DNA from: Mobula hypostoma
Lineage: Eukaryota
Assembly: GCF_963921235.1 (NCBI RefSeq)
Contig: NC_086097.1
Coordinates: 72,170,001 to 72,234,000, forward strand
Direction of reading: 5' to 3'
Length of the DNA: 64,000 nucleotides
Shown: positions 51,890-64,000 of the stretch, in pieces
Layout of the letters: every line of letters starts with the position of its first letter
Numbering within the stretch: the first letter of the stretch is position 1
Notes under the pieces: generated by a model
Seen by the model: the letters and a program-made list of their open reading frames with translations, nothing else
Database searches by the model: none
Told to the model about the DNA's origin: nothing
Translations under genes and position numbers: made by a program

Positions 51890-53290
51890 ATTTAAAGAAA
51901 TACACAAGAATAAAAGAAAAGAACAGGTGTAGCCCACCTGGCCTCCCAAGCCTTCCCTGAAAAACAATAGCTGATCTGTCCTGGGCTGCAACTCCTTTGT
52001 TTCACACAACATTCAATTCCTCAGTACTTAAACATTGGAATTAACCTAAGTGGCTAATTAATGTTAGTGTGGAATTTTTCAGACAAAAGGACCTATTTCT
52101 GTACTTTACCTTTCTATTACTCTAAACATTTATCTGTGGAACTCATCTAGATGACCCCATGATCAAATCTCCACGGTATTTTGATGTAGAGAATTCCAGT
52201 GATTTGTCATGCTTTGGGGAAGAAGTGGCTCAGTTTTAAGTGACCATCTCCAAACTTTTATAGGCATCCGTTAGTCTCATGAGACCATGGATTTGCGCCT
52301 TGGAAGGTTTCCAGGGCACAGGCCTGGGCAAGGTTGTATGGAAGACCAGCAGTTGCCCATGCTGCAAGTCTCCCCTCTCCACGCCACCGATGTTGTCCAA
52401 GCGAAGGGCATTAGGACCCATACAGCTTGGCACCGGTGTCGTCGCAGAGCAATATGTGGTTAAGGGCCTTGCTCAAGGACACACATGCTGCCTCAGCCAA
52501 GGTTCGAATTAACAACCTTCAAATCACTAGACGAACGCCTTAACCACTTGGCCACGTGCCAACTTCCAACTATATCCCCTTGTTTGAGACTTTCCCCATA
52601 GTTCCAAACATCTCAGCATCTACCTTGTCATCCCCCATTCTTCTAAAACTCTAAGGAATATAGTCACAATTTCTTTACCTGTTTGTGACCACCCAGAGAA
52701 TTACCTTCATAAATCTCTTCTTAATTCAAGTATATTTCCTCATAAACGTGGATCAAAACTGTGCAGAGTACTCCAGATATAGCCTTACCAACATCTCATA
52801 GAATCATAGAAGCACACAGCACAGAAACAAGCCCCTTTTGGCCTATCTTGTCCAGCTCATGCTTATCTATAGTAACCCCATTGTAACAAACTTAAGCTCC
52901 AACATCCTACAATAACGACCAATATGTCAACAACCTCTGTGTGATTCATATAGATGAACACCTAGACCCTTCTGTATTCTCTAATTTGCAATATTTCTCC
53001 ATTTAGTTGACAATTTTCTTTTGGATTCCCCTTGCCAAAGTGCATGCGTTGGCATTTCCCATATTAAATTGCACTTGCTAAGTTATCATCCATTCACCAA
53101 AACATATCCATATCCTGCTGTAGAGTCCAAATATTCTCTCTGCAACATGCCCCTCCACTTATTTTCATATCCTTGGCAAATCTGGACATCTGACACTCTG
53201 CTCATTCCTCCAGGTCATTAATATAAGGATTAAATAATCAGGGACCAAGAAATTATGCATGGGGCACTCTACTAGTAGCTCGTGAGGCCA
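51890..53290 (-). mobile_element. Old CR1 3' fragment interrupted by a SINE
   Basis: Reverse-complement CR1 motifs (CAAAACTGTGCAGAGTACTCCAG, AGAGAATTCCA, GCAAATCTGGA). Confidence 0.7.
52258..52560 (-). mobile_element. tRNA-derived SINE with CORE-like central segment
   Basis: Minus GGCACGTGGCCAAGTGGTTAAGG (A box), ATTCGAACC (B box), GTGTCCTTGAGCAAGGCCCTTAACC; possible AACTT TSD. Confidence 0.88.
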
Positions 53291-53489
53291 TGTGAATAAA
53301 GCTATGAAAGGAATTCTAGTGCTTCAGGGAGGCACACCTAAAAGCACCGTTGCAATACAAGTTCAATGAAAATTACATACCTAGATCAGGGAAGTACAGA
53401 AATCTGAGATGACTGTGGAACTGGAGGAGGTTAATCACATATGGAAGTGTCATGGATGGAAAGGCCTGAAAATAGCAAAGAGATGATGA

Positions 53490-53845
53490 AGCCACTCTCA
53501 GTTTGGAAGAGCAACACCTCATATTCTGTCAGGGTAGCCTCCAATCTTATGGCGTGACCATCGATTTCTCCAACTTGTGGTAATATTTCCTCCTCCCCCT
53601 TCTCCCTTCTTCCATTCCCTACTGTGGCCTCCCTCTTACTCCTTCTCTTCTCCTCACCTGCCTATCACCTCCCTTGGTGCCCCTCCTCCTTCCTTTTCTC
53701 CCATAGTCCACTCTCCTCTCCTATCAGATTCCTTCTTCTTCAGCCTTTAACTTTTCCACCTATCATCTTCCAGCTTCTCATTTCATCCCTCCTCCATCCA
53801 CCTGCCTTCCCCCTCACCCGAGTTCATCCAGCATTTTCTATGTGT
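53490..53845 (+). mobile_element. Penelope 3' fragment
   Basis: LEEQHLIFCQGSLQSYGVTIDFSN followed by a pyrimidine tract. Confidence 0.8.
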
Positions 53846-53954
53846 TACAATGAATATTGAAGTCAATGCAGTTCAAAACAGGGAGTCAGTTACAGACAAT
53901 TGAACAGAACGTTATTGCCTTTATTGCTAGCACTAGGTTTTGTATGAAAATTTA

Positions 53955-54155
53955 AAAACTGCAGATGCTCAAGTAAAAAGAATGATGGAAGGACTCAACA
54001 GGGCAGGGAGCAATTGCTTAAAAAGAAAATAAATTAACGTTTCAGGTCAATGACCCTTCAGCAAAACTAATCAGATCTGAGATTTTAACTCTTCCTTTCT
54101 CTACAAGTGCTGCACATCCAGCTAAATGATTCTAACATGTTCTGGTTTCCTTTCA
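53955..54155. mobile_element. Old palindromic Penelope-tail unit (a similar one lies at ~55600-55760)
   Basis: Minus tail, then AACGTTTCAGGTCAATGACCCTTCAG (HHR remnant), then plus-strand tail. Confidence 0.55.
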
Positions 54156-54239
54156 GAGTGTTTGACAAATTTAAGCTGGCAGATGGTGGAGGGTGAGAGG
54201 GCAGTCAGATGTGTGTTGGAACCAGTCCAGTGATTCCTT

Positions 54240-54405
54240 CATCACTGCTGGCCCAGAACTCTGCAACTCCCTGCCCAGGGGCTCTGTGGGAGTACCTTCG
54301 ACAGAAGAACTGCAGTGGTTTCATGAATCTGGCTCATCATCTCTTTCGCCAGAGCAGTAGACACCAGCAATAAATGTTCCCTGTGACAACAGTATCCACA
54401 TCTCT
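54240..54405 (+). mobile_element. Old LINE 3' end (a second copy lies at ~62222-62390)
   Basis: The two loci share GAACTC..CCCT..TGTGG..TAC..TTCA..CA(C/T)CA..CAAT motifs. Confidence 0.5.
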
Positions 54406-55789
54406 CAACACTTTTCTTCTGAAAACACTAATAAGGTCACAGTCGAGCATTCCAGCAGCAGGTGAGCTGACGTGAAGTTAACACAGGCAATGGTCAGAGG
54501 TGAAAGAGGGATGAACTGAACTGACTGTGAACTGAAATCGAAAGAGAACATTAGAAGGAAACAAATCTGAAAACAAAATACAACTTAATAGTATACTTTT
54601 GGAAATTATCATTATTATCTACGTGTGGATTAGAGAACAATTAAACTCCATTTTAAAGCTAGTTCAGAAAATATATGCGCTTGTAATCCTTTTCATCAGA
54701 ATGTCACCTCTTGCCTGGTTTTACTGTGTTCAATAATCCTTGATTGACAATGGCAAAAGCTTTACTTGTAGAATTTATTTTAATTCCGCTGATTTAAATT
54801 TATTATCACTGACAGGCAAGCTCACTGATTTTCATTGTTAGCATTGCTGACATACAGCAATAGCTACGAATATTTTCATTCAATAAGAAGGACTGTGCAT
54901 CTTCCGTTCTGCTACTGTCCATCTGAGAGTGCTCCCATGTCATTGCCTCTGTTTCATCTATCACAGCCCAGTAATTTCTATCTCACGCTCTGACATGCCA
55001 GTGAGTTGAATGCTGATGATGCATTACACATCCAGCATCTTTTTGTCGCACTATGACATATCAGCTCATGTCTACTCAAAGTAGTTAGATAAAGCCAGTG
55101 GCAAATAAAATCTACAATCATGAGAAAAGGCTTTTCTCACTAATCTTGAAATGTTGAAAACCTGAGCAAGAAATTCCAATTATTGGACCCATAAATGTAT
55201 GACGTATCATTGCTCTTCAGATCAGCATTTAAACAAGCCTTCTGAAGGAGCAGAGATTAAACACTGACCTGAAATGCTGCACATAGTAGAGTCTGGAAAA
55301 CCACAAAATCGACAGTGTATTGTTTAGTTGATCTAGATTTTCAATAGAAGGCAAACATGGATTATTATACAATATGTTCCAATTTCTGCTTATAACATTG
55401 ATTCTGCGCCTAAGCCACTGAAGGAGCTGGTTATTAATTTCTAAATTTTGTTCCAGTCACACACCCTCTGTGAAATCACTCATTTCTGTCAAACGAAAGC
55501 AAATACATCCCATGGTACAAATTTTTGAAGTGAAATGGGGCTGTAATCCCTAGTAATTTGGCCATTTTTACCCCACAATCCATATCACTAAAACAGATTA
55601 AAACAGGGAGACATGGAAGTACTTAGCAAGTCAGACTGCATCAGTAGAGAGAGAAACAGTGAAAATGTTTCAGATCGATGACACTTCTTTGGAACTCTCC
55701 TTCTACTAGTGGTTGCTTGACCAGCTGAATATCTCCACCATTCTCTTTTCTTATTTCACATAACATACTTCCACTTTCTTTTTCACTAC

Positions 55790-55945
55790 AGCAGGCTATC
55801 TGCTTAATATCACACTAATAGTGACAGAAGCTTGCTGCTTGCAAATCAGTGGCGAGGTTTCCTACATTATATTCAAGTGATTGCATTTCTAAATGGATTC
55901 ATTGGTTGTAAAGGGCAGTAGGATGAAGCTATATAAATATAAATA
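55790..55945 (+). mobile_element. Deu-domain SINE 3' remnant
   Basis: GCTTGCTGCTTGCAAAT..GTTTCCTACATTA..TTCATTGGTTGTAAAG..GCTATATAAAT. Confidence 0.55.
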
Positions 55946-58654
55946 GCTCTCCCTTTAATATTTGGCTGCTCAGTAAATGATGTTTAGAGAGGCTATGATG
56001 AACTCTACACCAGAGTAATAGCATGTATAACTTAAGACATTTTTTCCCTTCAATCAATATTTTAGAGATTGTAGTCTATAAACAAAAAATTAGATATTTG
56101 CACATACACATTTAGTAAATATTCTGAATGAAAAGATATAACTTAATTCCACATTTTTATGATATCCAGACATATTGGGACACTGGAATTCACTACCCTT
56201 AGAAACAAAATGTATACTGCGCCTTGGCACCCTTCAGATATCTCCCAAACAACTTCACACAAGAAATTACAGTGAAGAGTTATCTCTGTTGACAGGACTT
56301 CAAGGATATTTCATTGGATATCATGCATTTTCTGTGACAGACCAGAAGGCTGGCAATCTAGTCTCCTGGGAGACCTACAAACTTGGGACTAGAATGGGAA
56401 GAGGAATGTATATTATAGGAATCTGTTGCTCATCTTGTGATCTCAGTGTTGCTGTTTCTGTCTCTGTCTTCCAAATGGCAACTTTGGGAAATGGTTGCAC
56501 AGGGAAGGGAATTATCCATGTCCTGCCATCTACCTTCAAACATGCAGTGAATAAGAGTGAGGAAATCACAGGTCAATCACACTTTCCATTATCCTCCTCC
56601 ATGACATTAATTAGAAACGTGAGGTTGCATCTTGGAAGAAATCTCTAATGAAAAGTGTTCCAAACTAAAGTTCCTTTCTGAGATCAGGAAGCCATTTATT
56701 ACTGAATATTAATGACTCAATCACCACTGTCATAAATTAAATGCAACTTTTCAGGCAGGCAGAGTGAACATTTCCCTTCGGCATAAAGCTTTTGCCATCA
56801 TTTAACCTTTGCTGACTGGAGTGATTTCAAATGGAAGTGGGAGACTTAGTTGGCACTAGCCACAGATCTGTGGTCTACAGCACATGTCAAGTGACTGATG
56901 GTGTTGTCAGAGGAGCATGTTCTGATGTCTTGGGACAGCACGACATCAACAGAAGATTAAACATGACTTTTATTAAATAATAGGATTTCCTCATGTCTCC
57001 AGTGGAATTAATTTTACATGTGGTACGAGAGGCACCTGATGTCACTGAGAAAGTCCTTTGAAAATATAAACAAGTTCAGACTGTGCAGGTAGTCTGTGAC
57101 TGCAGGATCACTTCCCCGGGCTCATTCTAAGTCCATCACTTCAAAGCTCTGCCCCAGCTAGATCCTGTCGGGCAGCTGTTCCTTCCCTTTTAGCGCTAGT
57201 TCAAATAGATAGTTAAAAAAAAAGCCTCATATTGCATTAAATCAGCTGATCTGTGCCTTTTGTTGTTGATAAACCTCAAGGATGGACTAGATCGATTGCA
57301 GGGTGAAAACTCGCCTCCTTGACCAGTCTCCTGGGTAATGACCCAATAATTCCTTATCTGGCTCTGGGTCAAATATTATCTGATAATGGCTCAAGACATT
57401 TTAAAACCATTAAAGATTGTATATAAATACAGACAATTGTTCTATTTACTTTGTACATAACAGAAATGGACCACTTGGCCTAATGGGTCAGTGTTAGCCA
57501 GCAGCAGAATAATCTCTTCAGTCTCACTCTGCCTCTTTTTCTCCATTTAATTTGAATGTATTGACATTCCCATCAAGTTCCCTTTGATTCTTTTGCTATT
57601 CTGCTACGCTCCAGGTAATTCGCCACAGCCTCCAGTTAACCCTCCTGCAGCCAAGAGATGAGAGAAGGACAATAAGACAGAGATTCAACCTGAAACTATT
57701 TTAGGAATGATGTCAGGATGTATCTCTGCACAGGAAGAATGGCCAGCATGTGGAATGAATCACTAGATGGTGTGGCAGAGATGAATTGCCTTAAACTATA
57801 TGAGAGAAAGTTATATGTTCTCATGGCACAGATTAAAATGTGAGTGGAAATGGTGGTCACAATGTGATTGCTACTTGGGAATTCACGTCACCAGTGGGCT
57901 AATTCTTTATCTAGGTATCAAAGAGTCTCTCTGAATTAAGCTACATGGGAAGGCCTAAACAGCTGTGAGCGATAGTTACACATTGATGAGCCTACAATTT
58001 TCACTATCTACCAATAGTTCACCACGGTGCAGTGTTACTAACAACTCAACATGCTGAGCAAGGAGGCATTCAATCTATCAGTCTTATGTGTGTATGGCCA
58101 TTAACAAACTGAGAAAAATCAAGTCCCACACTGCAAATTGAAAGGCTGCCTTTTTTGAAACTCAGCAGCATTGATGGCAGCAGATTTACTGATTTCCTTT
58201 GAAGCACAAGTGTGGCGTGAATCAAATTCTCCCACAAAACTGTAATTTACATATTGTTATCCCAGTCATTTATATTCTGTAAAAGACACCCATGCCAATC
58301 AGCAAATCCATGACTAGAATAGAATGATCAGGATTTTTGTACTAGGCAGGAAATGTGCAGAATTTGCTGAAAACTGCTAATTAATAATGAATACGTGTGC
58401 TGGCATTGGCATTATTAACTTTCAGTCAATTGAAAGTCCAGACCTAAATAAAGATGTTGGTCCCTGAAGCTCTGTATGTGCTGTGAGGTTCTGCCATGAA
58501 TATCTCAATATCCACATGGCTTTCTGGAGTTATTTTTGGGTTCGTTGACCTTAAGGAATCAGAAGTACATTTCATGTCAAGGATGGTGATGAACCAGTGC
58601 AAAATTAATTACAAGCTAGCGTCTGTTTCTACAACACTTGGAAGGGTTTTACTA

Positions 58655-59760
58655 GCAAGAAGGAACTTCCGAAGTGTGATATGGGATGTGGAAAAGCCAA
58701 CAGCCAGTTTATTCACAGCAACCCTGAACAAACAGTAATGTGACACCGGAAAACCTGCTTTTGTGATGTTGACTTATCGTTAAGTATCAGCCCAATGCTA
58801 CTGTATAGCTGGGACTGAATCCTCTACATTTACCTGAGGATATCGATGGTGTAACACACACAAGATGCTGGAGGAACTCAGCAGGTCGGGCAGTATCTAT
58901 AGAGAGAATTGAACCAGTTGATGTTTTGGGCTGGGACCCCTCATCAGGACTGGAAAGAAAGAGAGCAGAAACCAGAATAAAAAGGTGGGAGGAAGGGCAG
59001 TAGCATGTGCTTATGGGTGATAGGGAAAACGATGTGAGGGGGAAGGTGGCTGAGTGGTGGACAGGGGATAAATTGAAAAGGTAGGGAGCTGAAGGAAGGG
59101 GGAACTAGGAATGATGTGAGAAGCTAGGAGGTATTAGGTAGAAGAGGTAAAGGGCTGAAGAAGGAAGAATATGACAGTAGATGAGGGAATAAAGAGGAGG
59201 TAAGGAACAAGAGGGAGAACAGTGTGGGTGATAAGTCATGACAGCGGGGGGAGGAAAAGAGGAAGCATGAAAGAGCCAGGGGAATAAAGACAAACAAAAG
59301 TTGTGCAGGGGGTGGGGGAGTTGCAGAGACCAAAGGCAGGGAGTGGTTATGGGAAATTAGAGAAATTGATGTAGGGGAGAGGGAGAGACAGAGGGGAGGG
59401 AGTGGTTACTGGAAATTAGAGAAATTGATGTTGATTCTGTCAGGTTGGAGATTGCTAAAATGGAATATGAGTTGTTCCTCTGATCTGTATCTAGAGGGGG
59501 CCATGGACACATGTCTGTGTGGGGATGGAAAGTGGATTTAAAATAGCTGTCAACCAGAAGATCCTGGCTGTTACGGCAGACAGAGCAAAGGTGATGATGA
59601 AGTGAACCATCCCCCCCACTCCCATCTGCATTGGGTCTCACTGATATGGAAGAGACTGCACTAGGAGCTCGGTGATTTGGTTTAATGACTCATACAAAAC
59701 AACAGTCTTCACTTCGTGCACTGGGCCATCAGCTGGAATTTTTATGAGTTTAAATCTCTG
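58655..59760 (-). mobile_element. Deu-domain SINE remnant split by the Penelope insertion (58655-58850 + 59670-59760)
   Basis: ACAAACAGTAATGTGA..CTGCTTTTGTGATGTTG..TACCTGAG | GGTTTAATGACTCAT..TGCACTGG. Confidence 0.55.
58851..59665 (-). mobile_element. Penelope-like 3' part with hammerhead motif (58916-58951)
   Basis: Minus AGTCCTGATGAGGGGTCCCAGCCCAAAACATCAACT; GIY-YIG remnants (DLLVDSYFKSTFHPHTDM). Confidence 0.85.
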
Positions 59761-60064
59761 GACCAATATGTTTCACCTCTATCCTTTATCTACATGGGGA
59801 GTGTTGTGGTATTGTCAGGATTCTGCAATTTTGATGTGATGGTTCCCACTTCACAGGAGATAGGAATATGGCTGAAACCCCCTATGGATATAATGTGGAT
59901 ACTGACCCAGGGGGAGTAGTGTATTAGCAGTGGTGAAAAAGAATGCCAGTCCATTAGAAAGTTACTCATTAGGGGTGAATTACAGCTCTGGTGACAGAAT
60001 GATTTAGAAGATTATTTTTTACTCTATGTTCCAAGACTTAATCTATGGGAAACATAAACTTGGA

Positions 60065-60475
60065 TAAAAGAAAACCTGGCTTTTTGATTCTGAGCATTCT
60101 TTAGAGTTTAGGAGAATGAGAGAAGATCTTCTTAGTAAGTACGAACACTTAAAGGGCTTGAGAGTGGAAAGCAGGAAGAATGTTTCTCCTGGCTGAGGAG
60201 TCTGAGACCAAGGAACACAATATACAAATAAGGGTAGGCCATTAAGTACTGAGATGAAGCAAGATTTCTTCATTAAGGTAGTGCTAAACCTTTGGAATTC
60301 TCTCCCCCACACATGGTAGTAGCTCAGTCACTGTGTCCATTTATAACATCAATCAATAGATTTCTAGGTATGGAATGAATCAAAGGATACGGGCATAGTG
60401 CTAGAAAAAAGACACTGATGTGACAGATTAGTTATGATCTCGATCATGATCCAAATGTCTACTCCTGCACTGATT
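60065..60475 (+). mobile_element. Old CR1 3' end
   Basis: STEMKQDFFIKVVLNLWNSLP-like; CTACTCCTGC near the end. Confidence 0.8.
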
Positions 60476-62554
60476 ACAAACCCTGGTGTATTTTCTTATT
60501 ATCAGGTTTTTATTTATTACAATTCCTTCTACAAAACTGCCAAACCCTGAGTTAGTTATAATGGTAGGTCAGCTGCAGTTCCAGGGAAATTCCAGTTTAT
60601 GCCTTGGAGAAAAAATAATCTCTCCTCCCAGGGAACCATCTGCAACCTCTGCTTCATATTGTTGTTATGGTTTTGTCCTGGAACTGCAAAGGCTGTGGAC
60701 AGGACCAGATGGCATGTGTTGATTAGTACAAGAATTGCTGTGGCCAGAGTTGAAACATGATAGTCACAATTCTCAGTAAACAGTGAGCTCCAAAAATATA
60801 AATGAAAAACTGGATATAATGTTAAGACCTAATTAGTTTACATTTACATCAAATATGCATACTTATGAAACGCAAACATTCACTTAACAATCAGGTATTG
60901 CTGAATAAAACTTCCTGTAACATGCTATTACAGATTATTCTGCCTTTCCTTGGGCTTCTTGTTCGCTTTCAATCTGAGGAGTGCTTCAAATGGGAGAAAC
61001 AACAATTAAATCTCATGGTTGAAGCTCACAGGCCAGGATTAGTGAGCAGTTCTAACCACCACAGTGTCATGCTACCTGAGCTGACGGGTTTTCTGTTTGG
61101 CTTCCCTTTATAGAATGCAAGGTTTGCTTCTTAAAATGGACTGGACGTTGGGGTGTCAATGCAGCAAACTCTGCAGGTACCTCCTCCTCTACCTTAAAGT
61201 GATCAGCAATAAATTCATCAGTCTGGAAATTACCTCTAGCAACTTCAACTGCTCTGAGTTTGATGTAGTTGTCTTGATGTTAATTTGTTATTTTAATGGG
61301 GTTGTCCATTTGCTTATGATAAAAATAAGTTAGCATTAAATTTTCAGACAGGGTGGTGTCATTTGCTAATACCGGCAGCAGTAATTTCTGGATGCTAGTC
61401 TTCAAGGTTAGAAATAAATTCGCTCTTCCTTAATGGGTCATTAATTTGTATTGACTACTGTGGTTGTGCTTCCTCCATTTCGAAAGGGACGTGGCTGACA
61501 GATTTCATGCTCTCTCTGCTCCCCATTTGCTATGCATGGTTACCAAGGGCATTAGTAATCAGCGAAAACTTATCTTCCTCAAGATAGAATTTTGGCTTGA
61601 ACTCTGTTGAATATTTCATAGTGGCATATATTCTCAAATTCTAGCCTTATTATTATTTCCATAAATGAATTATTTTCTCGGTTAGAACATGTGTTACTAT
61701 CTCATTCGTTATCAATATAGTTACATAGGCTTTGACATTTCTTTCCACTGCCCCTTCACAAAGAAAATCTCCCATGATTCGCTGCTTTATCGGTGAATAT
61801 CATTGCCTTTACATCACTGATAGCATGGTTCTTCAAATCTTTCCCATTTAACAACAAACTATTTAAATTTCAGCTGCAAAGATTTTGCACTTCAGCTGAC
61901 ATGCACACTTAAATAAAGTATCCCAGCAAACAATTAAACTAGACAGGCATTAATCATAATCATTGTGTGGATTTTAGAACCAGTTTAGCAGCATTCATCT
62001 ATTTTTAGAAGAAGTCAATGATAAAGGAAATTTAAGCACATCATGTTCAGTTTACAGAATATTACACGTCTATTTGGATCTCTGCTGAATTGCTTACAAA
62101 TTGTCTTCAGCAGCCCTGACAATGAAATGAGAACTGAGTACATTTCAATATTGTTCCTCAATGCTCCTCACTCTCCCAGAGCTGCCATTTTAACTGAATT
62201 CTCAGCATGTATTCCTTTGCTGTTACTGGGTCACAATTGTGGAACTCTCTCTAACAGCATTGTGGCTACTCCCACACCCCTCCAAGTGATTCAAAGAGGC
62301 AACTCCACCACCGTCTCAAGGACAACAAACACTGACAATTAAATGATGCTCAGCCAGTGAAGGCATTTCATTTGAAGCAATATTTTTAAAAATGCCTTTA
62401 TCATACACGGAGCTTAGAAAAATAGAGGGCTATGGGTGACCCTAGGTAATTTCTACAGTGAGGACATGTTTCGGACAGCTTTGAAGGCCAAAGGGCCTAT
62501 ATTGTGCTATAGGCTTTCTCTGTTTCCATGCTTCTGTACAGACTGCAGCATTTC

Positions 62555-62695
62555 AAAAGGAAAACACAAGAGATTCTGCTGATGCTGGAAATCTAGAGTA
62601 ACACAGAATGCTGGAGGAACTCAGCAGGTTGGGAAGCATCTATGGAAAGCAATAAACAGTTGGTGTTTCATGCCAAGACTCTTCCTCCGGAATCC
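62555..62695 (-). mobile_element. Short Penelope tail ending at a degenerate hammerhead
   Basis: AAACACAAGAGATTCTGCTGATGCTGG..GCTGGAGGAACTCAGCAGG..GTGTTTCATGCCAAGACTCTTC. Confidence 0.75.
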
Positions 62696-63011
62696 TAAGG
62701 ACTTCAACATTACAAAAAGATTCATTTTTTACTTTTCCTGGATTACATAGGGTGGGCACAAATATAAACCTTGACAGCAGAGACTGTATTTCAGGAACGA
62801 AGTGATTTTAAAAATCAGTTTTACCCATAGTGCCTTAAAGAAGCAGGTCATCATGTCCTGCCAACTTATCAGCATCCACTCTCACTAGTTTTTCCAGTAT
62901 TCGATTTTCCACATTGCTAGTTTGTTTCAGGTCACCATTCTTTACTTTTCTGGGATTTTTTTGTGACTTTATCTGAGAAGACAGACAAAAAAAAAAATTA
63001 TTTACAATAAA

Positions 63012-63315
63012 GACACGACTTCAGGATTGAAGGACGTCCATTTAGAACAGAGATGCAGAGTAATTACTTTAGTCAGAGGGTGGTAAATCTGTGGAATTAG
63101 TTTCCAGGAGCGGCTGTGGAGGTCAAGTCATTGGGAGCATTTAAGGCAGAGATAGATTGGTTTTTGATTAGCCAGGGCATCAAAGGGTATGGGGAGAAGG
63201 CAGGGGAGTGGAGATGACTGGAAGAATTTGATCAGCCATGATTGAATGGCAGAGCAGACTCAATGGGCCAAATGGCCTACTTCTGCTCCTATATCTTATG
63301 GTCTTGTGGTCTTAT
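63012..63315 (+). mobile_element. CR1 3' end
   Basis: GRPFRTEMQSNYFSQRVVNLWN; (TCTTATGG)n tail. Confidence 0.92.
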
Positions 63316-64000
63316 GTATTTTTTTTATCTCAGTCAGTAATATACCCAAATAAACTTGTTTTAATCCTTCCCATGTTTAATTTCTAAGCTATTGCTCTCT
63401 TGTTTTGTAATTCTCTGTGCATGGCTCTTGCATTCTGCATCCCCATTGCTTATTGGAGTCTTGTTGTTCCTTTGCAAAGTTCTGAAATTTTCACAATTCC
63501 AAGACTAACTGCTCTTTGAGCAATAGGTCTTTTCCTTTGATCGAACACCATATTTTATTCTGAGATTAGTCACGGATGGATCATCTTTTCTGTTCCCTTT
63601 TCATCGTAAGCGATGCATTTGTTTTAACTTCGGATCATAGGCATGAAATCACTTCACTTCATGGTCAGAGATGTTGGGTTTGTTGGCAAAGTGGACAGGA
63701 ATAGCTGAGTTGTGGGAGGGGAGTGGTGACAGAGCTTTGAGGATAGCAGTGTGCAGGTAGAGGAGAACAGTCAGGAGGGTGACAGGAGCAATGAGAGGGT
63801 GAGGGGAACAGTGAATGGGAGGTGAAGGGAATATTAAGAGTGGTTAGGGGAGCATTGATGGTGAATGAGGAGAGTAATTAAACAGGAAGAATGTGTAGCT
63901 GCACCAGCTGATGAGAAATTCCTAACCACCTACTCCAACTCTGTGTCTGAGATCTTAATGCCTTCTTGGCCAAGAGCTGTTTAAGGTCATCCACCAGACC

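Noticed and set aside
52480..52560. tRNA gene
   Set aside because: It is the head of a SINE: continues into a CORE-like body, with no convincing cloverleaf
56175..56648. 157-aa ORF
   Set aside because: Non-ATG start and no recognisable motif

Overview
Eukaryotic, repeat-dense, apparently intronic or intergenic vertebrate DNA. The repeat families suggest a cartilaginous fish (ray or shark); this is an inference. I found no intact host protein-coding gene, rRNA, tRNA or CRISPR array. Most long ORFs are decayed retroelement fragments. The window contains: several CR1 LINEs (SGNH-esterase ORF1, APE-RT ORF2) and Rex1/Babar-like LINEs, nested in one another; a structurally complete but dead Sushi/Tf1-group chromovirus (17948-22949) with LTRs, TSD, a probable self-priming PBS and an RTE fragment inserted in its 5' LTR; a related solo LTR (46937-48238); a decayed retrovirus-like pro-pol (DTG, YVDD; ~40.9-41.9 kb); a Tc1-derived non-autonomous element; tRNA-derived and Deu-domain SINEs; and a 14-bp minisatellite. 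The most striking signal is a dozen or so Penelope-like (GIY-YIG) terminal repeats, each carrying a minimal type-I hammerhead ribozyme motif (CUGAnGA...GAAAcGUC). One copy is fully intact (24081-24116), and many copies occur as short or inverted units that end at the ribozyme. One 52-nt minus-strand candidate exon was noted. Boundaries of decayed repeats are approximate, and family names come from motif recognition, not database searches.
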